Assembly (NCBI GenBank): GCA_011049045.1 | Contig: DSCO01000057.1 | Span: forward strand, 8,015 to 72,014 | From: Methanomicrobia archaeon | GTDB taxonomy: Archaea; Halobacteriota; Syntropharchaeia; Alkanophagales; Methanospirareceae | DNA: 64,000 nucleotides | Direction: 5' to 3' | Part shown: in pieces, positions 30,380-39,028 of the stretch | Layout of the letters: each line of letters starts with the position of its first letter | Numbering within the stretch: the stretch's first letter is position 1 | The notes under the pieces: model-generated | What the model was told of the DNA's origin: nothing | Database searches by the model: none | What the model saw: the letters and a program-made list of their open reading frames with translations, nothing else | Made by a program: the position numbers and the translations under genes

Positions 30380-30655
30380 TCACTGCTGGTCGTATTTCTG
30401 CTTTAGAACCAGGTATGAGAGTCCGAAACCAATAAAGAATCCGAGGAGTGAGAGCACGGCGGCGAATGCGAAGCCTGCACTATTGCCGGCCCAGCTTTTG
30501 CCGAGCGTAAAACCGCCGAATAAGCCGGTGATAGTAAGTGCCGCGATAAGCAGTGCAAAGGGAAGGGCACGGAAAAAAATATTGCCCTTGATCTTCTCTT
30601 TTAGGTTTACCCACCCGTGCATTTTACAGTTGCTTGCCTGGCGTTCAGCGAACAA
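30380..30655 (-). CDS. Small 2-TM membrane protein
   Basis: 91 aa (or 80 aa from M12); hydrophobic hairpin; immediately downstream of c-subunit-like gene. Confidence 0.4.
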   Translation of the reverse strand: MFAERQASNCKMHGWVNLKEKIKGNIFFRALPFALLIAALTITGLFGGFTLGKSWAGNSAGFAFAAVLSLLGFFIGFGLSYLVLKQKYDQQ

Positions 30656-30660
30656 AGCGG

Positions 30661-30993
30661 CTATATCTTTGTCCAGAGCATGAACGCGATCAAAAGCCCA
30701 TAGATAGCGATAGCTTCTGCAAGAGCGACGAAGATCAACACTCTTCCAGAGACTTCAGGCTTCTCTGCTGTCGCGCCCGCGGCTGCGACGCCCGTGGTTG
30801 CAATGGCCCAACCTGCAGCGAAAGCCGAGCCGATCATGGTGGCAGCGGTTGCCAGTGCGATCCAGGCGCCCTCGGTCATGCCACCGCCTTGGGGGGCTTC
30901 TTCCTGTGCCCCTGCCAGGCCCACGCTCAATCCGGTGAGGAGCAAGAGCAAGCAAAGCGTAAATGCAAACCGGTGTCTCGTTTTTAGGTCCAT
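30661..30993 (-). CDS. Rotary-ATPase c-subunit-like proteolipid with N-terminal signal peptide
   Basis: 110 aa; signal-like N-term, helix-1 Gly motif ([21 protein letters not shown]), loop AEKPE (cf. ARQPE), helix-2 carboxylate [12 protein letters not shown]. Confidence 0.6.
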   Translation of the reverse strand: MDLKTRHRFAFTLCLLLLLTGLSVGLAGAQEEAPQGGGMTEGAWIALATAATMIGSAFAAGWAIATTGVAAAGATAEKPEVSGRVLIFVALAEAIAIYGLLIAFMLWTKI

Positions 30994-31187
30994 CTCTCTT
31001 TCACCTCTTCATATCTCGAGTTTAGGTATCTGAAGGAGACATACTTGCCACGGCTATATAAAGGAATTGGTTTTTGGATGAAACGGTCGTTAAACCAGCG
31101 CTTTGGAAGACCCGAACAGGAGCGGGCCATCTGCTCGTACGTATTACGAGTCCGGGCAGTCGGGACGGTGCCGCTCACTACACCCGC

Positions 31188-31892
31188 CTACCGTACGTTC
31201 CTGGGCTGCGATTGTGGCTGCAGCACGATAAGCAGCACCTGGTACGTCTTGTCGTACACCTGATCGTGCATCATCAACCTGCCCTTACTGATTCGGCCGC
31301 CATCGTAGTCTTTTGTGGTCATAGTCAGCTCGCCGACCCTCGTCGTCTCACTGGACTCGGGAATTAGCGGAGGAGCCCTGACTGAGGCCACGATGATCGT
31401 TTGGTTCTCGTCCGTTCCCGTCGTTGCATTCACGCTGATGTTCTCGAGTCGGTAATTGTGGTTATCGATGCGCAGATAGCCCTTATAGAGCTGCTCGCTC
31501 TCCTGCGCCATGAGCTCTGCTTTTATCTCCGTGACGGTCTTCTCAGACTCGAGCAGCTCGCGCACCTCAGCCGGCTGCACGCTTCTCACCTGCACGATCT
31601 GGACCCGGAGCAAATGGAACTCACCACTCGACTCGTTCAGGGCGAACCCGGTTCCCTGGTGAAAAAGGGCAATCGGCGCCTCGAGTGCGGCATCCGGTGG
31701 AACATTTGCTACCGTACTGGTCGCTCCGTTCAGATGCTGCGCCTGCAGCGGTATCGCGCCGATCGTGCCCAGGAGCCCGAGCGAGAGCACGAGCAGTACT
31801 GCGACGGCCGCATAGAGTAGCTTCCGCTTTCCGCTTCTCACTTTCTCCTTTCCTCTATTAGTATCTTCTGAGTGAACTATTTTAAATAACAC
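31188..31892 (-). CDS. N-terminally membrane-anchored extracytoplasmic protein, unknown function
   Basis: 234 aa; one N-terminal TM then soluble domain. Confidence 0.45.
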   Translation of the reverse strand: MLFKIVHSEDTNRGKEKVRSGKRKLLYAAVAVLLVLSLGLLGTIGAIPLQAQHLNGATSTVANVPPDAALEAPIALFHQGTGFALNESSGEFHLLRVQIVQVRSVQPAEVRELLESEKTVTEIKAELMAQESEQLYKGYLRIDNHNYRLENISVNATTGTDENQTIIVASVRAPPLIPESSETTRVGELTMTTKDYDGGRISKGRLMMHDQVYDKTYQVLLIVLQPQSQPRNVR

Positions 31893-31922
31893 ACCCTTCG
31901 AGTCGTCCCCAAAAGCCGGTTA

Positions 31923-32846
31923 TTACGTTTTTTCACCTCCATTTCCTGATAAGAACCATTCAGTGAGTTCGATAACGTTCTTCCGTCTGCCTGCATTCTT
32001 CTTGATGATCTGTCCGCGTTCAAGCGCGCGGAGGATACTGTTAAGCGAAGATTTCGGGATCTCCGTCTCGTGTCTGAGATCAGACTGCGTCATCTCGCCG
32101 TTATGCTTCAGCAACGCGTTTACAATGGCGCGCTCGCGATCCGTGAGCGTCTCCATGGTGCGTGCCATCGCCGGCGTTTGCTTTATTTTCATGCTCCTCA
32201 CGCGTGGCTTTTCCACCGGACCGGGCTCGCTTCCCAACCGCACCATAAGGAAGCCGACGCTCAGCATGAGGGAAACGATGGCGAGCAGCACGATGAGAAT
32301 AACATAGCCCGGATCGAAGGCGTTGACGCCCGTCGCTTCGGAGGGCGTGGTCAGCGGCTGCTGGTACGCGATCCACACACCTGGTCCCTGTACTTCGTAG
32401 CCGTGGAATTCCACCACGAGTGACTCGTTCGCGGTTGACACGAGATATTCGAGCTGATCCGAGCAGGTAATTCTACCCAAACTGATCGCGGGGGGCAGAT
32501 AGAAGACGGCCTGATAGGTGGAATAGTTAGCCGTGGTGGTGAAGGTGAGCATCCATCGCTCTCCTGACTTCTCGGTGAGCGCATGCGTGATGGCGTAGAG
32601 CTGCTGTGTCTCAATCTCATAGATATAGTCCGCGGTCTGGAGGAACGGGAGACTCTCAGGATCATTGACATAACCGATCACGAGCGCTTTACCGGTCTCG
32701 TCAACATAGATATCAAGAATGAGCTGGCTGGAGTAGCTTCCCGTATCGTTAAAGGCAAAGGAAAACCCGTCACTGGCAAGACCCGGGGTCGGGGTCGCTA
32801 TGGCTGTGAACAAAAGAACCAGGTACAGTATTCCTGCCGTTTTCAT
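31923..32846 (-). CDS. Membrane-anchored transcriptional regulator: extracellular domain + TM + cytoplasmic winged-HTH
   Basis: 307 aa; signal peptide, ~190-aa ectodomain, TM (GYVILIVLLAIVSLMLSVGFLMV), C-terminal wHTH (TDRERAIVNALLKHNGEMTQSDLRHETEIPKSSLNSILRALERGQIIKK). Confidence 0.6.
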   Translation of the reverse strand: MKTAGILYLVLLFTAIATPTPGLASDGFSFAFNDTGSYSSQLILDIYVDETGKALVIGYVNDPESLPFLQTADYIYEIETQQLYAITHALTEKSGERWMLTFTTTANYSTYQAVFYLPPAISLGRITCSDQLEYLVSTANESLVVEFHGYEVQGPGVWIAYQQPLTTPSEATGVNAFDPGYVILIVLLAIVSLMLSVGFLMVRLGSEPGPVEKPRVRSMKIKQTPAMARTMETLTDRERAIVNALLKHNGEMTQSDLRHETEIPKSSLNSILRALERGQIIKKNAGRRKNVIELTEWFLSGNGGEKT

Positions 32847-32950
32847 CTTGTCCTCTTACCGGCTAGCGGTCCTCAACCACTCTCGTAGCTCTGAAGTTAG
32901 ATTGGTGTGAGAGATACGTAAACTTTACTCCTGGTCGGTACTTCACACAG

Positions 32951-34213
32951 TCATTCGTATCGCAGCGCATCCACCGGCTTGAGCTTTGAGGCGCGATGGG
33001 CTGGAATCACCCCTGCGGCTACGCCAATGCCGACGGCCAGGAGGATCGCGTATACCAGCAGCATCGGGGTGATCTTCGTGGTCAGTTCGCCACCCATTCC
33101 CATCATCCGCATACCGAGCATCGGCAGTAATGACGAAATAGCAGCACCGAGGCAAATCCCTATGACGCCCCCGATGAGGCCGACTATTGCCGCATTTAAG
33201 AGGAAGATCATCATAATGTCACCGTTCTTCGCACCGATGGATTTCATGATCCCAATCTCCTTCGTCTTCTCCAGCACGGACGTGAACATCGTGTTTGCGA
33301 TACCCACGGACCCGACGAGCAACGAAACCGCGGCAATGGCCTCTAAGAACAAGCTCATTGTCTGTGTGACATCACTCATGGTCGCCTGCATAGCTTTTGC
33401 GGACGTCATCCTGAAATCTTCTTTACCTTCCGCAAGGTGCCGGAAGATCCGTAACTTCTCCTTTGCTTCTTCCATGATCTGCTCGACATCATCAGTGTTC
33501 GCGACCTTGATGGTAATCGTATCAAATTCAGCATCGCTAACGTCGTCCAGGACGTCTCGTGCAGCGTCAATGGGCATGATTATGGTACGGTCATTCCCAT
33601 CAAAACCGCCACTTTCTTCTAAGATGCCCACGATCTTGAATGATTTGCCCTCGATAGTGAGTACCCGGTTTACGGTAAGTGGTTGTTTGAACGTGTCTAC
33701 GGCTATGCTGCTGCCAAGGATGACGGCGTTATAGTCCGAGGCCCCGAGTAATCGGCCCGATGCCAGTTTAGCGGTGGTGATCTCTTTCCAGACCAGCGGG
33801 TCAACGCCTTCGATCGAAATGGTGGTCTTTTCACCGAGGTAATAGACCTCACCGGAGCCGGAAACGGTGCCGTGAATAGCGGCAATGCCGTCAATAGTCC
33901 GGAGTACCTGCACGTCTTTTTTCGTCAGGTCTTTGGCATCAGTAGCAGCAGCGGTTTCACCGCCTCCCGGCCCACCACCCGGCGGGCCACGGAACCCCGC
34001 AGCAGCACGCCCGCCGCCGGGAGAGATGGTGATGAGGTCCGCGCCGAGCCCGCCAAGGTGACTCTCGACATTCGCCTGCATGCCCTCACCGATGGACACG
34101 ATGGCAACGACGGCCGCGATCCCGATGACGATCCCGAGAATCGTCAGCCAGCTACGCAGCTTACTGTGGGCGATGATATTGAGCGCTAATTTGAGTGACT
34201 TGCTCGGTTTCAT
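32951..34213 (-). CDS. ABC transporter permease, FtsX/MacB family
   Basis: 420 aa; N-terminal TM, large periplasmic loop, C-terminal FtsX 3-TM bundle. Confidence 0.85.
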   Translation of the reverse strand: MKPSKSLKLALNIIAHSKLRSWLTILGIVIGIAAVVAIVSIGEGMQANVESHLGGLGADLITISPGGGRAAAGFRGPPGGGPGGGETAAATDAKDLTKKDVQVLRTIDGIAAIHGTVSGSGEVYYLGEKTTISIEGVDPLVWKEITTAKLASGRLLGASDYNAVILGSSIAVDTFKQPLTVNRVLTIEGKSFKIVGILEESGGFDGNDRTIIMPIDAARDVLDDVSDAEFDTITIKVANTDDVEQIMEEAKEKLRIFRHLAEGKEDFRMTSAKAMQATMSDVTQTMSLFLEAIAAVSLLVGSVGIANTMFTSVLEKTKEIGIMKSIGAKNGDIMMIFLLNAAIVGLIGGVIGICLGAAISSLLPMLGMRMMGMGGELTTKITPMLLVYAILLAVGIGVAAGVIPAHRASKLKPVDALRYE

Positions 34214-35646
34214 CGTTTCACTCGTTCGTTATTCTCGCGTGCAGATCTGATCAAGACCGCGTTCTTCGCTTTTCGTTTTTTTTTTATATACCGGAAAAAG
34301 AGCACGCCGGCACTGATGATCGCAACGAGCGCGAGTGCACCGATAACCGTGGTACTGTTCACGGCGCTCTGGTGCTGCCCTTGCGGGTACCTGCCGCCGG
34401 TGCCTGTAGCCGAAGTAGTCGTATCGGTACTCGCCGCCCGGAGCTGAACTGGCACGGCCTTCTCGAGTGTTTGCCGTACGCCGGTCGTGTCGGTGTACTC
34501 GATAGCGACCATCAGGTTAGGGCTCGTCGAGCTGTTTCGTGGCGAAAACTCCGCTCTCAGTCTCTCCCGGTCTTCCCCCGGGAATTCTGCCAGTTGGCTG
34601 TCTTCTGTGGTGCCCGGGATCCCGAACGCGGACGGGCCTGCGGCCGTTACCGCGAACGAGACGATCGTATAGTCTCCCTTGTCGAGGTTGCCAACGATCG
34701 AGGCGGCGCTACCCTGGGCGGTGAACTGATCTTGCGCAAGGATTTTCACGGTCACGGAATACGCAGGATTATTACCGGTATTCGCAACGTAGAGCGAGAC
34801 CTGACTACTTGAACTCTCGGAGACGATGATCTCAAAATCGGTACTGCCGCCGATGACGATGCCCGCGGTCGTGCTCATCGATCTCGAGCCACCGCGCTCG
34901 TCCTCGAACTCCAGGGCCAGGTCTAACCGGTACAGGCCGGCATCGGCACCCACATCGACGGCAACCAGATACTCGACGACGATGGATTCGCCGACGTCGA
35001 TGTAGCGGATGTGCTTCGTATTGTCGGAATGAACCGGCAGTATGACGCCGTTTGCTTCGGTCCATGAGAAGACCATATTCTCCAGGTGATACGAACCGAT
35101 ATTAGCGACGGTAAACCGGAGCGCAGTCAACTCCCCGGGCTTCAGCTCGGTCGGGGCGATGTCAGCGATATGGATGATCGCGCCCTGCGTTACCGTGAGC
35201 ATGAGCGAGTAGGCGACTTCGGGCATGGCCTCAGTAACCGTTTCCCCACCCGTGCTATAGGATTGACTATACGAGCAGGAGACCGGAATGGCATGGGACC
35301 CACTTGGCGCGCCCTTCGCGACACGAACGGTGACGGGCACGTCTCTGGAGCACCACCCGGAGATCGAGCCGGCATAGATGCTTGACGAGCCAACGACCGA
35401 GATATACTGACTTTCCTCGAAATTAAGCGTTACGTGCTTTGCATCGCAGGAACCTCCGTTCTTGAGGGTAACGGTCAGCGTTTTCGTCTCGCCGGGCAGG
35501 AGTTCTGTAGGCTTGACGTTTGTTATAACAACGTTTGCATCAGTGCCCGCGCTTAGTGGAGCAACGAGAGACGCGAGTATTGCCACGATACCACACAAAG
35601 CCAGTACCCTTTTCATGTTTTTTCTAGATACTAATTTCGTTATCAT
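34210..35646 (-). CDS. Large extracytoplasmic protein with tandem CARDB/DUF11-like β-sandwich repeats and C-terminal TM anchor
   Basis: 478 aa; signal peptide; two similar modules (VVITNVKPTELLPGETKTLTVTLKNGG / IIHIADIAPTELKPGELTALRFTVANIG); C-terminal TM + basic tail; start overlaps upstream gene (ATGA). Confidence 0.6.
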   Translation of the reverse strand: MITKLVSRKNMKRVLALCGIVAILASLVAPLSAGTDANVVITNVKPTELLPGETKTLTVTLKNGGSCDAKHVTLNFEESQYISVVGSSSIYAGSISGWCSRDVPVTVRVAKGAPSGSHAIPVSCSYSQSYSTGGETVTEAMPEVAYSLMLTVTQGAIIHIADIAPTELKPGELTALRFTVANIGSYHLENMVFSWTEANGVILPVHSDNTKHIRYIDVGESIVVEYLVAVDVGADAGLYRLDLALEFEDERGGSRSMSTTAGIVIGGSTDFEIIVSESSSSQVSLYVANTGNNPAYSVTVKILAQDQFTAQGSAASIVGNLDKGDYTIVSFAVTAAGPSAFGIPGTTEDSQLAEFPGEDRERLRAEFSPRNSSTSPNLMVAIEYTDTTGVRQTLEKAVPVQLRAASTDTTTSATGTGGRYPQGQHQSAVNSTTVIGALALVAIISAGVLFFRYIKKKRKAKNAVLIRSARENNERVKR

Positions 35647-35663
35647 TTACCTTTTACCTCCTT

Positions 35664-35963
35664 TTATATTACTAATTCAGCTAATTCTTCGGGTGTTCTG
35701 CCAGATACCTTCTTTATTGTATAGTCCGCTAATTTCAACCCATCGTTCTTATCTAGGTCTGGATAATACAGCACCCGAATCGCTTCTCTTATAGTATCAG
35801 CGGCGTTATGCAGGTTATCACTCCCATTTGGTTTGTTTTTCTGTATCTGCATATCGTAGCAGTGCGCTTTGTTTCCACAAAGTTCACACAACCCGTACCG
35901 TATCGGATAGCTACTCACCGGACACCCCAGGAAGTAATTAACGCAATCTTCACAAATCAGCAT
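35664..35963 (-). CDS. Small Cys-rich (zinc-ribbon-like) protein
   Basis: 100 aa from MLICEDCVNYFLGCP…CELCGNKAHC; located between ABC ATPase and CARDB-like gene. Confidence 0.4.
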   Translation of the reverse strand: MLICEDCVNYFLGCPVSSYPIRYGLCELCGNKAHCYDMQIQKNKPNGSDNLHNAADTIREAIRVLYYPDLDKNDGLKLADYTIKKVSGRTPEELAELVI

Positions 35964-35973
35964 GGTTCTCACC

Positions 35974-36687
35974 TCAGTTGTTCGTATGGTTATGCTCGAT
36001 GCGCTCGATTTGTCCGTCTTTGAGGTACACCACCCGTTCCGCACGCGTAACCAGGTAGAAATCGTGCGTGACCAGAATGATCGTTTTACTATCGTTCCCG
36101 TGTACCTCGCTCAACAAATGCATGATGAATTCGCCGGTCTTGCTGTCCAGATTACCGGTAGGCTCGTCGGCGAGTATGATGTCAGGATCAACGGCCAGAG
36201 CACGCGAGATGGCCACACGCTGCTGCTGCCCGCCTGAGAGTTGAGCGGGCAGGTGGTGCACGCGATCGCCCAATCCAACCAGCTCGAGCAGCTCGAACGC
36301 GGTCTCCCGTGCCTCTGCGGAGTCGACATCCTGGAATTCCAGGGGCAGCATCACATTCTCGAGCGCGGTTAACGTCGGTATCAGGTTGAACTGCTGGAAT
36401 ACGAATCCGATCTTCTTGCCACGTATCTGCGCCAATTGCGACTCGTGGAACCGCGCGATATCAGCACCGTCCAGCCGTATTGTACCCTTACTCGGCAGAT
36501 CCAGACAGCCAATGAGGTTCATCATCGTGCTCTTGCCGCTGCCACTGACACCGGCGATGGCGAGGAATTCGCCGCGCTCTATCGTCAGATCAATGCCCCG
36601 GAGCGCCTGCACCTGAACGTCACCCATCTGATAGATTTTCCAGACTGCTTCCAGCTGGATGACCGCATCAGTACCCGGGGTGCTCAT
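35974..36687 (-). CDS. ABC transporter ATP-binding protein (MacB/LolD-like)
   Basis: Walker [10 protein letters not shown], signature [14 protein letters not shown], Walker [12 protein letters not shown]; GGAGGTG SD before ATG 36687. Confidence 0.9.
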   Translation of the reverse strand: MSTPGTDAVIQLEAVWKIYQMGDVQVQALRGIDLTIERGEFLAIAGVSGSGKSTMMNLIGCLDLPSKGTIRLDGADIARFHESQLAQIRGKKIGFVFQQFNLIPTLTALENVMLPLEFQDVDSAEARETAFELLELVGLGDRVHHLPAQLSGGQQQRVAISRALAVDPDIILADEPTGNLDSKTGEFIMHLLSEVHGNDSKTIILVTHDFYLVTRAERVVYLKDGQIERIEHNHTNN

Positions 36688-36889
36688 AGCCCACCTCCGA
36701 GCGGAGCTGCACGCACGCCGCGATGACCATGAGCGCCTCGACACGAGGTGGTGAACTGCGGTGCTCCCATCGGTGCTCTTTCAGCAGTTGCTGCTGCGTT
36801 CGCTTTCATCTTCGCTTCACGTTTTTTTCCCGGCTCTTTTTTTTCAGCTATCTTCGGTGCTGTTTCCCAGAGGGGGATTAGAAATAAAC

Positions 36890-36960
36890 TATACATAAGT
36901 CTTCCTTTTTTACCAATTTCCACCCAAATCTGTACCAAATTCGCGGAACCTCCGTTTCAC
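36890..36960 (-). promoter_or_regulatory. Conserved promoter/operator element, copy 1 (upstream of ABC exporter operon)
   Basis: Minus-strand GAATTTGGTACAGATTTGGGTGGAAATTGGTAAAAAAGGAAGACTTATGTATAGTTTATTT; shared ~70-nt element present three times in 2 kb. Confidence 0.5.
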
Positions 36961-36999
36961 TCGATCATGTAGGCCACGGCTTCACCGATCGTCGTAACG

Positions 37000-37131
37000 T
37001 TACATGCTCAGACCGTCACTAACGCCATACGCATCCGTCGCGTATTGCTGCCGGTAAGCGTTGTACGAGGCAGATGTCGAGACGAGCAAGAGTATAGCGA
37101 GTACAGCAATGATTACGTTTTTACGGTCCAT
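37000..37131 (-). CDS. Small secreted peptide (43 aa precursor)
   Basis: MDRKNVIIAVLAILLLVSTSASYNAYRQQYATDAYGVSDGLSM; GGAGGT SD 8 nt upstream; conserved element copy 2 ~65 nt upstream; not in supplied ORF track (below length cutoff). Confidence 0.4.
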   Translation of the reverse strand: MDRKNVIIAVLAILLLVSTSASYNAYRQQYATDAYGVSDGLSM

Positions 37132-37189
37132 TTAGTTCCATTACCTCCATTCGTTTCTTTTTATTTCGTGTGTCTCCACGAGTACCAGT

Positions 37190-37270
37190 ATAGAATAAGC
37201 TAATCATAAGCGCTTCTTTTTTACCAATTTCCACCCAAATCGTTCACAAATTCGTTTGCAACTGTTTAGT
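37190..37270 (-). promoter_or_regulatory. Conserved promoter/operator element, copy 2
   Basis: Minus-strand GAATTTGTGAACGATTTGGGTGGAAATTGGTAAAAAAGAAGCGCTTATGATTAGCTTATTC. Confidence 0.5.
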
Positions 37271-37300
37271 AAGCGTTAGTAAGCACGTTTCAGAGCGCAG

Positions 37301-37621
37301 CTAGTCGGGTTTCAGGCTGATATAGAGCAGAATAGCTAGTGCCGCAAATTCGAACCATTGGGACACGATCTTGAGCAAGCCCAGGGCATTGAGGCGGTGA
37401 AAACCCCACACCAGATGGATAAACGGGTGCGAGGTGACCGCTTGCACCAGCAGGAGAATAACGAAGCCGATCAAGCCGAGCGCGAACTTCGATTTGATCT
37501 GCTCGTAGTTCTTGATATAAAGGGCGAGCAGACACAGTAACAGTATGACGTTCCCGAGCGTAATCAGCGCATGAAAATCGATAATCACTGTCTCTGGCGG
37601 CGGCATAGGCATTGGTGACAT
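37301..37621 (-). CDS. Small 3-TM membrane protein, paralogue A
   Basis: ~106 aa from MSPMPMPPPETV; ~60% identical to 38697..39011 (…NYEQIKSKFALGLI.FV.LL.VQA…LLYISLKPD). Confidence 0.55.
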   Translation of the reverse strand: MSPMPMPPPETVIIDFHALITLGNVILLLCLLALYIKNYEQIKSKFALGLIGFVILLLVQAVTSHPFIHLVWGFHRLNALGLLKIVSQWFEFAALAILLYISLKPD

Positions 37622-37825
37622 TGTTCCCCCCTCGGTCTGCACGTATCTATTACCCGCAGCATACTTAAAACACTCCTCCATCCCCTGGTTCTCATCATCG
37701 TCGTCGTGCTAATACCACGTCACGTAAAAGCGGAAAAAAGGGTGCGTGGGAGCGAGCAGAGGAGAACCCACGCACCATACTCCTTTTCTCCCTTATGGCG
37801 ACTATACTATACTGTCTCTGTTCAC

Positions 37826-38536
37826 CTATTCCTCCAGATCTGGAGAGTTGAACGGGCCCTCCAGCTCTGGAGAGTTGAACGGGCATTCACCGAATCCCGG
37901 TCCGCGTTGGAATCCCAGCATCTGTCGGCCCACAGGTCCGCGCGGACCGTGGCCACCGTCACCCGCGAATTGGGGCCCTGCTGGACATGAGATACCGTAC
38001 TGCTCGAACAGTTCCTGGTGGAATTCCTGTATCTGCTGCTGTATTGCTTCGCGCTCTTCATCCGTCAGGTTGGCACCGCAGTGTCTCGGGAACCCCGGTC
38101 TCCCCTCGTCCGGCAAGTCGATACCGTACTGCTCAGCCAGTTCGAGCCGGAACTGTTGCATTTTCTGCTGCAGTTCCTGTCGCTCCTCGTCTGTCAGGGC
38201 GATGCCGTACTGCTGGGCGAGTTCCTGCTGGAACTGCTGCAGTTCCTGTCGTTGCTCCTGTTGCTTCTCCCGGAGTCGGTTCTGCATCTCCTGTCTTTCT
38301 TCGTCCGTCAGGGTGACGCCGTACTGCTCAGCCAGCTGCAGCCGGAACTGCTCCATCTGCTGGTGCATCCCTTGCCGCTCCTCGTCTGTCAACTGCCCCA
38401 GTCCACAGTGACCGCCGAACCATCCGCCTTTTTCCCGTAATGCGGTATCCTCGTTTGTAATCTGTGCGGAGACCATGGCGAAGGCTGTTGCGATGAGTGC
38501 CAGCGCCAGAATACCTGCGATCAGTTTTCGTTTCAT
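37826..38536 (-). CDS. Secreted repeat protein with CpxP/Spy-like LTxxQ-type motifs
   Basis: Starts MKRKLIAGILALALIATAFA (signal peptide) after AGGAGGTG SD; five ~33-aa repeats LTDEERQEMQ…LAEQYG…; Cys-containing C-terminal tail with PFNSPELEG duplication. Confidence 0.65.
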   Translation of the reverse strand: MKRKLIAGILALALIATAFAMVSAQITNEDTALREKGGWFGGHCGLGQLTDEERQGMHQQMEQFRLQLAEQYGVTLTDEERQEMQNRLREKQQEQRQELQQFQQELAQQYGIALTDEERQELQQKMQQFRLELAEQYGIDLPDEGRPGFPRHCGANLTDEEREAIQQQIQEFHQELFEQYGISCPAGPQFAGDGGHGPRGPVGRQMLGFQRGPGFGECPFNSPELEGPFNSPDLEE

Positions 38537-38597
38537 CTTCGTGCGTTGCACCTCCTATTTTTTCGTTTCACGATGTGTTGCCACGGTTATTAGATCC

Positions 38598-38672
38598 AAA
38601 TAACTAGACATAAGCATTTGTTCTTTCCCAAATTCCACCCGATTGTGGCCCAAATTCAGCCAGAAAGTCGTG
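38598..38672 (-). promoter_or_regulatory. Conserved promoter/operator element, copy 3
   Basis: Minus-strand GAATTTGGGCCACAATCGGGTGGAATTTGGGAAAGAACAAATGCTTATGTCTAGTTATTTGG. Confidence 0.5.
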
Positions 38673-38696
38673 TTGCCCGGCCTGTAAGTTAGTCAG

Positions 38697-39011
38697 TCAG
38701 TCGGGCTTGAGGCTGATGTACAGCAGTACCGCCAGTGCCACGAATTCGAAGAGATCAGGCACGATGGTGAGCAGGCCCATAGCGTGAATATGGCGGAAGC
38801 CCCGCACGGCGGGCAGGAAGGGATTGGTGGTGAAGGCCTGCACGATGAGCAGGACGACAAAGGCGATCAAGCCGAGCGCGAACTTCGATTTGATCTGCTC
38901 GTAGTTCCTCGCGTAGATGAACAGCAACGCGAGCAGGAGGAGCACGTTGCCCAGCGCGATGAGCGCCTGGAGATACATGAGCCACAGGTGTGGCACCGGT
39001 TGTGGTGGCAT
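38697..39011 (-). CDS. Small 3-TM membrane protein, paralogue B
   Basis: 104 aa; paralogue of 37301..37621. Confidence 0.55.
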   Translation of the reverse strand: MPPQPVPHLWLMYLQALIALGNVLLLLALLFIYARNYEQIKSKFALGLIAFVVLLIVQAFTTNPFLPAVRGFRHIHAMGLLTIVPDLFEFVALAVLLYISLKPD

Positions 39012-39028
39012 CCTCTTCCCTTCACCTC

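Noticed and set aside
36684-36938. 84-aa minus-strand ORF starting inside conserved element copy 1 (MYSLF…) and a 41-codon uORF ending with ATGA on the ABC ATPase start
   Set aside because: Its ATG lies inside the conserved CTTATGTATAG promoter motif; the corresponding 'ORFs' in copies 2 and 3 are short and unrelated, so conservation is at DNA level; treated as 5' leader, though a leader peptide cannot be excluded.
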